A stretch of DNA of 57,040 nt, the filler included, from Sphacelaria rigidula (taxonomy: Eukaryota): the NCBI GenBank assembly GCA_964200075.2. It is 8 parts of 8 records of this genome, joined end to end, with 100 filler letters (N's around TTAATTAATTAA, not from the genome) between each part and the next. Parts side by side here need not be neighbours in the genome. Positions count along the whole stretch, not along the records: positions 35,715 to 42,756 come from CAXNAA020016796.1; positions 42,857 to 49,898 come from CAXNAA020016797.1; positions 49,999 to 57,040 come from CAXNAA020016798.1; 5 more parts are not named here. One strand, written 5' to 3'. The position numbers and the translations under genes are program-made. The notes under the pieces are model-generated. The model saw only the letters and a program-made list of their open reading frames with translations. It was not told the origin of the DNA and did no database searches. Shown here one piece after another: positions 40,429-51,643 of the stretch; within the stretch, counting starts at the first letter, position 1, and every line of letters starts with the position of its first letter.

Positions 40429-40564
40429 CTGCGAGGCAGCGGCAATGTGGCAGCATCAATAAACACGGGGCGCGAATGACAGAAATCAGGGCATGAAAAC
40501 GAATCAATCCGTAGGCGTGTGTGTATCGTGCTCCACCAGCCTTTCAGTATCAGAACGGTATGTG

Positions 40565-40760
40565 ACATTGATTGATTGATCTGATGTAATTGGTTCATTT
40601 ATTTTGATTCGCTTTGATTTGGATTGATTCATCGAATCGATTGGATATGATCTGATTCACTGAATCGAGGTGATTTTAATTAATAGGATTGGATTAAATT
40701 GAATTTGTTTGATTTGAATTGATTTCATTTCATTTCATTTCATTGCTCAAATTTGATTGA
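40565..40760. repeat. Degenerate (ATTG/GATTT)n tract
   Basis: Direct inspection. Confidence 0.75.
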
Positions 40761-41209
40761 TCGGTTGCCACGCGTTTCACCTGATCCGCTATGAAAATGC
40801 AGCCATGGTTTATCAACAGCTAGACGTACCTATAACCCAAAGGTAAGGAAACAGAAACATCACTGGAGAAACTTCGACAAAAACTGGAGGGAAATGGCGA
40901 AAGGAAAAAGGAGAAAAACCGAAACAGAGTGAAGTGTGGGGAAAAGAGCCAGCACTGTGACAATTTCATGCTGCTGCTAACAACGGAAAGCTGTCTGGCT
41001 GATTCCTCCATTTGGTTCCTGTAACACATACCGAATGTGCTCGTCGGGGAAGTCATGATGGCAACGCGCGATCGATGCTTCGATAATAACCTCCACGGGC
41101 GGCAACCAAGACAAAACAATACAATACAATACAATACAATACAATGCCGCGCCAAATGTGTCGAAAAATGAAAGATTGTAGACGAACGAAGGCAAGTGGA
41201 TGTACTCGA

Positions 41210-41410
41210 TAGACACACAGACAGACGAAGAGGCAGAGACAGAGATATAGATAGAGATGGAGATATAGACGAAGACGGAGATAGAGATAGAGATAGAGAC
41301 AGCGACAGAGATAGAGACAGCGACAGAGATAGAGACAGCGACAGAGATGCAGACACAGACAGACAGACACAGACAGACAGACACACAGACAGACACAGAC
41401 ACACAGAGAG
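41210..41410. repeat. (AG/ACAG)n compound microsatellite
   Basis: Direct inspection; explains the SLSLSL and DRDRDR ORFs. Confidence 0.92.
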
Positions 41411-41536
41411 AACTACGGTATGATCAACGTTTCAACAAAAAATATTCCAATAGTTGGGTATTAAAACCATAAGCACAACAAGAATTACAGCAGCATGAAC
41501 AACTGCAAAAACAAAAAACAAAAAACACCACCACAC

Positions 41537-41670
41537 CTCATCTTGAGTAGACTCCCTTGAAGACGGTGCCGAGCAAACCGGGGCCGGCGGGGGCAGCCCC
41601 GCCGGACACCAATCGTCCACCAACATCTCCCCCGACCCCGTTATCGTACCCTTCACGGCGATCACCATCC
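41537..41670 (-). CDS. POLD2: DNA polymerase delta subunit 2, exon (1st of 4 seen; end of OB fold)
   Basis: GTTCAG| (G)MVIAVKGTITGSGEMLVDDWCPAGLPPPAPVCSAPSSRESTQDE |GTGTGG; GxVIAVxG...GxxxVxDxC motif; phase 1-0. Gene runs off both scaffold ends. Confidence 0.9.
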
Positions 41671-41799
41671 CTGAACAGCGGGAAGGGGAGGAGACCGCAG
41701 GTTGTGGGGGGGAAAACACTTCTCGCGCACGACATTGTTGACGTCTAGGGTCGTGCAACGCCACCGGAGTTGTCTGGAAAACCGGTGGTACACGAGCTG

Positions 41800-42756
41800 T
41801 CTCCTCACTGTCTAATATTTCAAACGACTGCATGCCCCCTCTGGTCACGTCCCGCATTTCCCCCTTTGGCACGTCCCGTTCCTCCTTGTAAAGTTCACAT
41901 TCTGCTACTAAATGGCTTCTGCTCTCTATTCCTTCGCCACAGGGGCATTTCTGTGCATCTACTTCCTCCTTCTCTTGAGTACTGGTATATCTCTTTCTTC
42001 TTGCTGGCGGATCCAGGCCCCCCACCCGAAATCGTAGCTTCAGATTTTTCGCCGAGTCCGCCATGCATATTTGTTTTCATCCCTGTCCTCTTTCTTAACC
42101 CCCCGTATTTCTTCAGGTGTTCCTCTTCGTCTCTTTCACGGCTGAGCGCTCCTTTTCCCCTCATTTCTATCGTGCCTCTCATTTTTGTCTTGTACCCCCA
42201 ACCTTCCCCTATGGACAGTATTTCGTCTTGGTTTCCTTATATCTCCTTCTATACTTTCTTCACTTGTCTGTTCCACCTTATTCCAGCCTTCCCTTTCGTA
42301 CTTTCTCTCCAGTCTTATCAACTATAGCTGGCAATATCTTCCTCTGTATGTTTTTTTGGCTATATTGCCATCGCAATTTTCTCATATCCCTGTTTGTTTC
42401 AAGTGAGAACATTCCCACCTCTACCCTCAATGCTGTATTACTCGTCGTTTTCGAGCATCCGAGTATTTTCACAGCTGTTGTCATCTGTACTGTTTCCAAC
42501 TTCTTCGCCAACTTCACGTTCCCCTCCCATACTCCTCCTGCATATGTCAGCATTGCTACAATCACATTCATCAGGACACATCTCTTGATGGTAGTGTCTA
42601 GGTGCGAATGTCTGAGGATCACGTCCATCCTGCCTGTCTGTGTCTTACCCTTTTCTCTTACTTGTTGATGTGTGCATCCCAAGAACAGTTTTTTGAAATC
42701 TCTACGCCAAGGTATGTATACTGGTCTACGATTGGACCTTCCTCTTCTCTCCACTT
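41800..42756 (-). mobile_element. Decayed non-LTR retrotransposon, C-terminal part of ORF2
   Basis: Frameshifted peptides LTYAGGVWEGNVKLAKKLETVQ, LKLRFRVG, CPCG..ESRSHLVAEC (zinc-knuckle-like). Confidence 0.8.
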
Positions 42757-42856
42757 NNNNNNNNNNNNNNNNNNNNNNNNNNNNNNNNNNNNNNNNNNNN
42801 TTAATTAATTAANNNNNNNNNNNNNNNNNNNNNNNNNNNNNNNNNNNNNNNNNNNN
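42757..42856. other. Artificial scaffold linker
   Basis: N-TTAATTAATTAA-N, 100 nt. Confidence 0.98.
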
Positions 42857-42995
42857 CCCCCGTGGACGGCCCCCCCCTGCGTGCCCCCCGCCCCCCCCCT
42901 TCCGCTTAAATTTACGTTCCCCCCCTCCCCCCCCCCCCCCCCCCCCTCCCCCCACAGGTTCATTCTACTGACTAATCCGAGCGTGCAGGCCCGGA

Positions 42996-43919
42996 ATGTT
43001 CAAACAACAAGCGACAGAGAGTAAGTTTTTAAACTTACCCTCTAACACTAACGCAACCACGGCGCGTCTACTGCTCTCCTCGTCCGCTACCGACAGCAAC
43101 GGCCTCTTGAGCCAAAAACAGAAGCAGAAGCAGCAGCAAGGAGTTCCTGCAGCTTCATCACCTTCGTCGCTTCCTTCCCTAGGCGCACTCAACGCCGTCA
43201 GTAACCCCTCATCAACCCCCCGCGCGCCGCCCGCATTGCTCAGTTGGGCCGTACGTCTTTTCAGCCACGGCAGTAACAAAAACAAGGCCAAAAACATCTA
43301 CAACAGGCGCCTACAGCTCGGCCCCGCCACCCCAACAACCACCACCTCCGCCGACAGCAGGAGTAACAGCACCACCACCGCGATGTTCAAGCGGCGCTCA
43401 TCGAGGAATCTGACTGACAAAATAGGTTACGGCGACCTTGACACGAAAAGCAGCGCCAATGCGAAGAGCAGCAGAGGCTCCCACAGCCGCGGCGTATCCA
43501 GTAGCACTATCGGGAGCGTATTAACCGAGAGCAACCAACATGACTCGACCTCCCGGCCCGTTTCGCAGCGAATGACCGCCACGCCACCCATGGCGGAATG
43601 GTCTCCCTCGGGCGACGCCCCGCCCGCCGTTGTCGATAGTGCGCCTGTTACTGTGAAGAAGGCGCCCAAGCTCCAGCAGCAGACCGAGGTGCCTAAGGAG
43701 CAGCCTGCTAAGACCCTCGTTATTGGAGCAGGAGTTTTCTTCGAGGGCATGACTGAAGGATGTGTTTTGACTATTGTGGGGGGTAAGTTCAGGGGCACGG
43801 TCAACAGTCGGAGGGTTGAGGTGACGAAGGAGGGTAAGGTGGAAGGCGCGGCGATCGCGGAGACAGCGGAGATTGCGGGAGTATTCGAGGGGAACCTCGC
43901 TGTCAGCAAGTCTCTCAAG
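42996..43919 (+). CDS. Bactofilin-domain protein (polymer-forming cytoskeletal, DUF583), coding exon 1
   Basis: 308 codons: Ser/Thr-rich arm, then from 43710 KTLVIGAGVFFEGMTEGCVLTIVGGKFRGTVNSRRVEVTKEGKVEGAAIAETAEIAGVFEGNLAVSKSLK |GTAAAG (phase 0). Start may be 42996 or the in-frame ATG at 43383. Confidence 0.88.
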
Positions 43920-46696
43920 GTAAAGTGCTGTAATGAAGACCGAAGTACAACACACAGTCAGTACCGCACAAAATGTATGACGGTAAACTTGACGGACGTT
44001 TTGCCATCAAAGCCAGCAGCGCTCCTTCTACATTTGACATGGAATTCGGACTGTTGATGGTATAGAGTATACTACCTGGTGAAATTGTATGAACAAGATT
44101 GGTTCTCCAGGATTACACATCCAAACGTGCATGCAGACACCACAATCATCTGATGGGTATCAATCGCCCTTGTTTCAAGTACAGCTCGGCTATTTTCTCA
44201 TGAGAGAGCTGTCGTCAAGCAGTGAGCGCGTACGCACTCCGCAGCGCTGGCCACATGACCCCAAGGCATAACCGTGAAAGGAGAAAGAGGAACGCATGAA
44301 AGCACAGTGAGAGGGAGCTTTTATTCTTTTTTTCTTTGATTTTTTGTATGCAATTTGAGTTGTGCCGAAACAGGCACGAATCCCAAGATGTGTTCCCCGC
44401 TGGTGCCAGCCCTCTCAGTCTGTACAGAGAGTAGCGTCGCCAGTCAACCCATGATCATGCTACGTACTTGAGATATCTCAGACTCGGGGGTTGGGTTCGA
44501 GATTCCTCAACTGACGGTGATCCTCAAGTTTCATTTGATTGTGAGCGCAGGACAATCGCCATGGCCCAGCAGAGGGGGATGACCATAAAGAAAGTGTCGG
44601 GTGTCAAAAGAGCCAAGCGTCCGGTTACGTCATTTCTGAAAGAAACGGGATCTACGTTCGAACCCAGCCCTGCAGCCGCTTTGCTATAGCGTATAAAGCC
44701 TGCCCCCCCCCCACCCCCAGTATGTCGACAACTTGTAGACGAGTGTCTGTTGTTGGAGCTTTTGCCTTCCTCCTGGGCCAGAAGAATGGAGGGAAGACTC
44801 CACCGTCTCGGGATGGCTGATCCAGCAACTTGACCGTTAGAGAGCGAGGGCAGACAATCTGTTGTGTCGGCATCAGTTTCACTTGAAACTATCATCCATG
44901 ATCCAGATGGACTACCCTGACGGTCTAAGGGTCAACTCAGTAACTCTACCCTCTTCAAAGGATTCCAGCGCACTCGGCCGACTCATGTCTCGTCCGGATG
45001 AATTGACTTTGCGTCGACTTCAAAATGTTTCACTCCAACCAACCGGAAACTCTTGTAGATTGGTTGGAACAAGGAGCATGAAAGCATGAGAGGAACACAG
45101 CACCCGTGGCAAGCACCCGCATTTGTTCACCTTGTGGATTTTTTCAAAAACACTGACAACCTTGTGGATTTCATTTTGAATGCCTTCTGCTCACGTGAAG
45201 TTCGTCTGAAAAGCCACACCGGCTGCACGAAAAAATCACGGGCTGGTGTGTTCGTGTTTGTCGACAAGCACGCATGGTTGGCACGGATACTCCGTATTCG
45301 GGCAGTCACTGGCGATCGGTTCGAATGAAAACATCATGTTTTGTACTCTTGTTGCACCCGTTATTGCACCCGTCTGTAGTTCGGCTACAATGCCAATCTG
45401 GGTTCACCAACCAATCTCGGGCAGGTGTACTCGAGTTTGTCGACAGCAACCAATCGTTACCATACATCCTCGTTTTTCTGTCGAACCCTAACCTTTACCC
45501 CCTAGCCCTGTCGAAATAGACGATCCAAGTTGTACCGAGTTGCCCAGAGCAAGGTGGTGTAGAGAGACAGTCGTACCTTTCAACCTTCTCGTGTTTTCTC
45601 GTGCGTGACTCGTTTCCACTCCAATTGGTTGTTTTCCTCTCATGAGGTTGCAGGAGATGCGAACGTTTTCCCTTTATACTATATTCATAGTGGAACCAGC
45701 AGATCACCCGTATGCGGCGGAGTTCACCACTTGGTAGCAGTAAAGAGTTCATCACTTGTAGGTATCGTATTTTAGTGTTGTGTAAATTCGGATCTTCAAT
45801 GCGTATCGTTTAAAAACTCCAAACCTTCCTGTAGAGAGGAGGTCGTGAGACGACGGTCGTTCGCAAGCCTTCCAACCTTGTGTTTTCTTGAGCGGGTGCG
45901 TATCGCGGTTGACAAGGAAAATGAAGCATGTGAAAAAAACACAGCATTAACGACGATGATAACCTCATATCTTCGGGTTCAGAGTCTGACTTTTTCTTCA
46001 CTATTTTCCCTTGTTACTAATGGCTCGGCGGCATCATTAATCCTTTTGAGACCGGGGTAGAATAAGCGGGGCGGGTGATGGCCCGTTCATTGTGAATCGC
46101 CATTATTTTCACTTGAAGATAACTAAAAATGAGGACATTTCACAAGTGGACCCTGCGTGCAAGCCAGGTCCTCGCCACTGCAAGGGGGTGCGGTCCCGAA
46201 AGGGTCGAGGTGCTATTCTTGGGACCTAGTCAGGTTGGTAGGTAGCAGCAACCCGCGAGTTTGTTTCGCGAAATGTTTTGAGTTTTCCTACCCCTACCCG
46301 GGCAGTCCCACAGTGGTCATTGGAATCATTCGGTATAAATTACTCGTGAATTCGGTGAGTCACTGTAAAGCAGTGATGGGCGACAAGACAGCGTCCGACC
46401 GTGTCCGCAGATGGGTAAAAAGTTCTCGAGAAACATACAACGTGGCGATGCAACCGAAGGGTGTGCCCCGAAGTCCGACGAGCATGGCTCTCGGCTGTCC
46501 GCTCTTGGCCACTCACACATACTTGGGGACATAGCATGCAACTGACGTCGTCAGTTCGTCTGTTGGCCTCTCACTTTTTGCAGGTCAAGTGATCATACAA
46601 GAGTTACAGCAGTGCGCGCATGCATGTACGGAAAACACACGTATCGTGTGCCGTGCGGACATGAAATATGTTGGCCGGAGCAGTGCTACGGTAAGG

Positions 46697-46826
46697 GTGC
46701 ACTTTTTGCGCAAAATCTTGTCTGATTCAGGGACTCTTGACGATTCTAGATGCACAAAGATATTGGGCAGGGTATCCCCGATTGGAAATTCATTCGGGAT
46801 ATTCCTCGCACGTTGGAATAGTATTC
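46697..46826. repeat. Interspersed repeat in the bactofilin intron
   Basis: gtgcactttttgcgc...cattggaatagt family also at 10104-10290 and, reversed, ~22620-22805. Confidence 0.75.
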
Positions 46827-46838
46827 TCCTAGCGTACT

Positions 46839-47215
46839 CCGGTCGCCCCGGTGGCTCAATTGGTAACCCACAAACCTTCTGACGGGTGGGTCGTGGGTTC
46901 GAATCCCGATGCCGTCACACGGTCTGGGATTTGTTTTTCGCACAATGCCCGATAGCTGAGAGCGACTATGTCGTGGGTACACAGAATTCAAAATTCGACT
47001 TCACAGTCGACAAGGGAGAGGAAGTGCTGAATCCTTCTCGAGAGGAAAAAATAAGGCGAGCACCGCAAAACGAAGGCGGAGAACAAAAACAAATGAAAAA
47101 CAAAAAATTCCTGTGTTGGACTTCCTCTTGTGTAACCCCGGCTGGTGCGCCCACAAATACCGGAAGGTGTAGACTGGCGTCCAGAATAGATGGAATGACA
47201 ACACTCTCACATATT
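46839..47215 (+). mobile_element. tRNA-derived SINE-like element, family A
   Basis: A-box TGGCTCAATTGG, B-box GGTTCGAATCC, then ~300-bp body shared with 25277-25650. Confidence 0.8.
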
Positions 47216-48329
47216 TCATCAATCATGTTTTGAATGAGAAAAGGGCTCCCAACAATTGTTGGCAGTATGTACTCCCTTTCTTCTTTCTTTCTTCTTTATT
47301 TCTGTTTGCTTGTATCGCGTTTTGTGAGTTTTNNNNNNNNNNGTACCAATGTACCGCGCAGATATCGGAACGGCTTTTAATGTGAAGACAACAACAACAA
47401 CAATTCTAACCTCGGAAAATATTTGTACACCTCTACCGTAGCATTGCTCGCCGATAAATCGAGACTCGTACCCTGTTCCTACCTGTAGTTCTGGATGAAT
47501 TCGGTACTACCTTTGTTTCACTCGTTGTGCACCCAATCAACACGGCCTGAACTCCTTATTTTTTGCTACACAAGGTGTCATCAAACGATATACCAGATAG
47601 TAGTGTAGTTAACTCACTCTCTCCATACAGTCGATGTACATCTGGCCAGCCTATCTATGAGCGATCTGGCTACCGTAGTGTTTTTTTTATTGTTTTGCTC
47701 TTGTGAACTTCCCAAACTCGCCGGTCGGGCACGCCGTTTTCCCGTCCGTGTCACGCACACAAAATTACTCAGAAGGCGCTGCTTTGCCCTCACGAGTACC
47801 TCAAATCTGTCGCCATCTGTAACGTCATGTCAACCCTAAACTTGAACCGTACAACTTCCAGACGCCATCTTCTGTAATTTCTCCACGTGGGGTGCTGTGA
47901 CACGCTGCTACGAAAAAAATGCAAAACTCATCATACGTCCCCTCCCCGCACAAACCTTCGCGCAACGATATGGCGAGCTCAAAAAAGATTTTTGTGCCGT
48001 GCCGTCTCGCGTGCATGGCTGCGTTCCTCTCATCTTGAGGAAGAACATGCAACCCGCATCCCTTCCTCTCTCGGCTGTTCGTCCTCTCACTACTACACAT
48101 GTATATTTTTCCCCGCAACGTATCAACCCCGTTTCCGCTGTGGTGCACGACCATACATTACTCCATAAAAACGCTGCGACTTCCCGTACCGACCCATGAT
48201 CTTCCCCATCGTCTGCGCTTAGCCCTGCTGTCCCGTATCCACGAATCAACAGAGTACTCGTCGTGTTCTGTTTAATGTCGTCCGTGTTTTTAAGTCACTG
48301 TTGCGAAGAAATCTAGCAAGCCTTTCACG

Positions 48330-48800
48330 TATGTATGCCCGTCGTCGGGAAACGCCAAAACCTGGAAGAAATATACGCACCCGGTAACGTCAGACAAGCC
48401 GTGAGGGATCTGTTTGATAGGCTCGTGGCTTGGAAGAATCATCGGGATGTGTTGAGTTGGTACGATGGAGAACTGTTCGAAGAAAATTGTGGATTTTGTC
48501 ACGACGATAAAGGAAGGGCGTTCAGAACCAGTTCCCATTCACAACGATACACTCGGGAGACTCGTTTGATTGCGCTGCTGCACAGCTCCAATTCCTAGAG
48601 GGGCGAATGCAAGTCCGCAACAATCTCCGTCCTACTTGTTCAGTTGGTGGTGTATGTTTTTTCAATACCCATCGCCAAATTTCATGGATGGAAATGATTT
48701 GACATCGATCGAACAAGGAAATCGGCTCAATAGTCGCAGGTCTGATCAAAAATGGGTTCTGTACATGCCGAGGAGTACACATCAGACTTGCCAGGCCCTG
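48330..48800 (+). pseudogene. Possible decayed hAT-type transposase C-terminal fragment
   Basis: Broken frames give ..SWW.., WK*F..I, GNRLNSRR, KMGSVH, reminiscent of the hAT dimerisation region; stops and frameshifts present. Confidence 0.3.
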
Positions 48801-48958
48801 AGATATCGACATCCGAAAGCGATGGTACACTCACCGAGAGACCCCCGAGCATGCCATAACTGACGCTATCCCATTCGTCCCCCCCCGCCCCGCCGGCGCC
48901 TCCCTCCGCCCCATGATCTTCCCCCTCTTGTCCAAACAACCGAAAAATTATAATTAAG

Positions 48959-49708
48959 ATCTGCTCGACCGGACGGGTGAAGGGCGACGTGTCGTTCGGT
49001 TCGATCGTGGTGGAGAACGGGGGCAAGCTCGAAGGCCAGATCAACTTCTCCAGCGCCCGACCCACAAAGACAAAGACGACAAAGACGACGGCGACGGCCG
49101 ACGCCGCCCCGGCAGCAACACCCGCAGCTGAGGCAACACCATCAGAAGTGACGGCAGCACCGGCCTCAGAACCGCCAACACCACCAGCACCGGAAACGAC
49201 ATCGACCTCGACAACGCCGACAGCGGCATCGACATCGAAAGCGCCCGCTGCAGCAACGCCGACAAACGTGCCTACACCGAAAGCACCCGTTGTAACAGCA
49301 CCGACAGACGCGCCGACACCGGAAACGCCCGCTGTAGCAGCACCGACAGCAGTAGCCGCACCGGAAGCACCCGCTGCACCCGCTGAAGCAGCAGAAGCAA
49401 CGCCGACGGAAACAGCGCCCTCGCTGCCCTCAACGACACCCGCAGCCACCGCCACGGCCAAAAAGACGAGCCCCGTCGCTGCAGCCTTGGCAGCCTTTGA
49501 ACCCAAGCCGACTGCCTCGACACCCAGAAGCAGTGGAGGTGGAGGTAGTGGCGGTAGTTTTGGTGGTAGTGGTGGTCGCGTTAGCGCTGCCGTCGCTGCC
49601 GTCGATGGCACTGCTTTCAGGGACGGATCGCGGCGGCGTAGCTTCTCTTCGGCGTCTAAGGCCAACGCTGCCGGCGCCCCTGCGGCGTCGGCGAATGTGG
49701 TTCAGTAG
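48959..49708 (+). CDS. Bactofilin-domain protein, coding exon 2 (end of domain plus Ala/Pro/Thr-rich tail)
   Basis: TAATTAAG| ICSTGRVKGDVSFGSIVVENGGKLEGQINF completes the domain in phase 0. Candidate branch CTGAC at 48860-48864; stop TAG at 49706-49708 followed by T-rich UTR-like sequence. Confidence 0.88.
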   Translation: MCSTGRVKGDVSFGSIVVENGGKLEGQINFSSARPTKTKTTKTTATADAAPAATPAAEATPSEVTAAPASEPPTPPAPETTSTSTTPTAASTSKAPAAATPTNVPTPKAPVVTAPTDAPTPETPAVAAPTAVAAPEAPAAPAEAAEATPTETAPSLPSTTPAATATAKKTSPVAAALAAFEPKPTASTPRSSGGGGSGGSFGGSGGRVSAAVAAVDGTAFRDGSRRRSFSSASKANAAGAPAASANVVQ

Positions 49709-49898
49709 TTTCATATTTTTCATTGTTTTTGCTTTTTCTGCCTCTTAACATTTAGTTTTTCGTCGTCGGAATGTTTTTGTTTTTTTCGGAGTTCTTTTTT
49801 TTTTTCATTTTGTACGTGAAAAAGGAAAACCAAAAATACTAAACACGATGTGACGATTCGTTGTGTGTGTGTGTGTGTTCGTGCATGCGACTTGTTCA

Positions 49899-49998
49899 NN
49901 NNNNNNNNNNNNNNNNNNNNNNNNNNNNNNNNNNNNNNNNNNTTAATTAATTAANNNNNNNNNNNNNNNNNNNNNNNNNNNNNNNNNNNNNNNNNNNN
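49899..49998. other. Artificial scaffold linker
   Basis: N-TTAATTAATTAA-N, 100 nt. Confidence 0.98.
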
Positions 49999-50859
49999 GG
50001 GGGGGGCGGGGGGGGGGGCGGGGGGGGGGGGGGGAGGGGGGGCGGGGGGGGGGGGGGGGGGGGGGGGGTTGCACTCGTGATCTTGCATGCCGTAGTCATA
50101 TGACCATTGACATCACATCCCTACAAAGCCGGGACGAAGCATGCCGGGTTTTCGCCGGACCAGGTTGGTTTTGGCGCCCATGACGCTTCATCCATATATT
50201 ACGCCACAACGTTTTACATACCTTATTCCCTTTCTATTATCGCCGTCTGTGGCCACCATTTATCTCCCAGTATAGCCATCGTCTTCTCGCTACTGTCTAA
50301 TGTATCAAACGTTTCCATGCCAACTTCGTTCAATTCCTACATTTCCCCCTCTAGCACGTTCCGTTCGGGGAGGAGTGGCGGGGGAGAAGCGGAGAAGAAT
50401 GATTACTGAATGGGAACGAAAGTGCGAGAGTCACGGAGTAGGGTCCGTGAAACACCGTAAACGCAGACGACCAATACTTTCAGGTTATCCTGGCGGTTCT
50501 GTTAGTCAGCCGCCACGCCCCGAGTGTGGGTGCAGGACTGGTACACCAACGGCCACTCAGGGCAACATGTTGCGGATTCGGATGCTGACGGATGCAGATT
50601 TTTCAGCAAACTCTCCATTTATCCGTGACTAGAAGCGTGAAAAAGCAAGTACCAAAGCAAATTCGACGAGAGCCGACGGGGTACGGCAGCACTCATCCAA
50701 TCGCCGAAAAACAAAATGCCAGGCCGGAACCAGGAGGGGAAATGGGCTGATCCCCTGAGACAACGGGCTCGTACCAAGAAAGAAGGACTGGCAAAATTGA
50801 CGTGAAAGGAAAGGGAAAAAGTATAAGGCGATGACTTTTCTCCCCCATTTTTTGCACTT

Positions 50860-51175
50860 TCAATCCCTCCCCTTCCTTGGGACGAGTCCGTGGTCTCAAA
50901 GGGTCAACTCATGTCTCCCCCGGTAACGGCTTTGCATTTTGATATTGCGGATTGGTTTAGCACTTCCGCACCACCCCGACTGTCTTCCCACGAGCTCAGC
51001 CAAACAGACTCGCTCGTTTTGGCCTCTCACGCCCTCATGCTTTCAACGGCGGAAATCAGGCACTTCTGAGAAAAAGAAACATTTATAGAGGCATCTAGTG
51101 GGGATTCAACCGGCGTCTTTCCCACCCTGATGGCGTCAGTTGTATCTTTTTTAGATCAGACCCTAGGGGCGCGGT
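50860..51175 (-). mobile_element. SINE-like family B copy (diverged)
   Basis: gggacgagtccgtggtctcaa...gattggtttagcacttccgcacc body. Confidence 0.65.
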
Positions 51176-51643
51176 GTAACTGAATGCGACAAGTTTGATT
51201 TTTACTTTCCGTCCATGAAGAGAAACACCTACTAGGGTACTGCAGCGACATGCTCGGGAGCAATTCTTGAGACATGCCGAGCATGTTGCTTGCTTTTACG
51301 TGAAGTCGTCGGAACAAGAATTTCATCAAAGCTATGGTACACGACTGTCTAGCGGGTTGCGGGGCGGAGAATGACGAAGACAAGCGCGTGCTAGTGAATG
51401 CAGATCAGCAATAGTATTATTGTGAATCACTCGCAAGTAAAACATATTTGTATATGTGTATATGTGTGTGTGTGGGAATATGGTATCGTTGGAAGGATAA
51501 CAATTGCAAGCTTGGCTGGAGGTTCTATAGCTAGACGGCATTATGCGATCATCACATGCATGGCTTACCAGAAGCACGACCAGCCTTCAAAACTGCCGTC
51601 GACACTACGCTCGCGAAGGGGTAAAATTACCAAACAACATTGA

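Noticed and set aside
41537-43919. Head-to-head pairing of POLD2 and the bactofilin gene
   Set aside because: Separated by an artificial linker.
46845-46915. tRNA genes (also ~51650-51720 and ~25283-25345)
   Set aside because: A/B boxes are present but there is no convincing acceptor or anticodon stem, and each continues into a shared repeat body, so these are SINE heads.
48727-49665. 312-aa minus-strand ORF (and 43427-43918)
   Set aside because: Antisense shadows of the GC-rich bactofilin exons.
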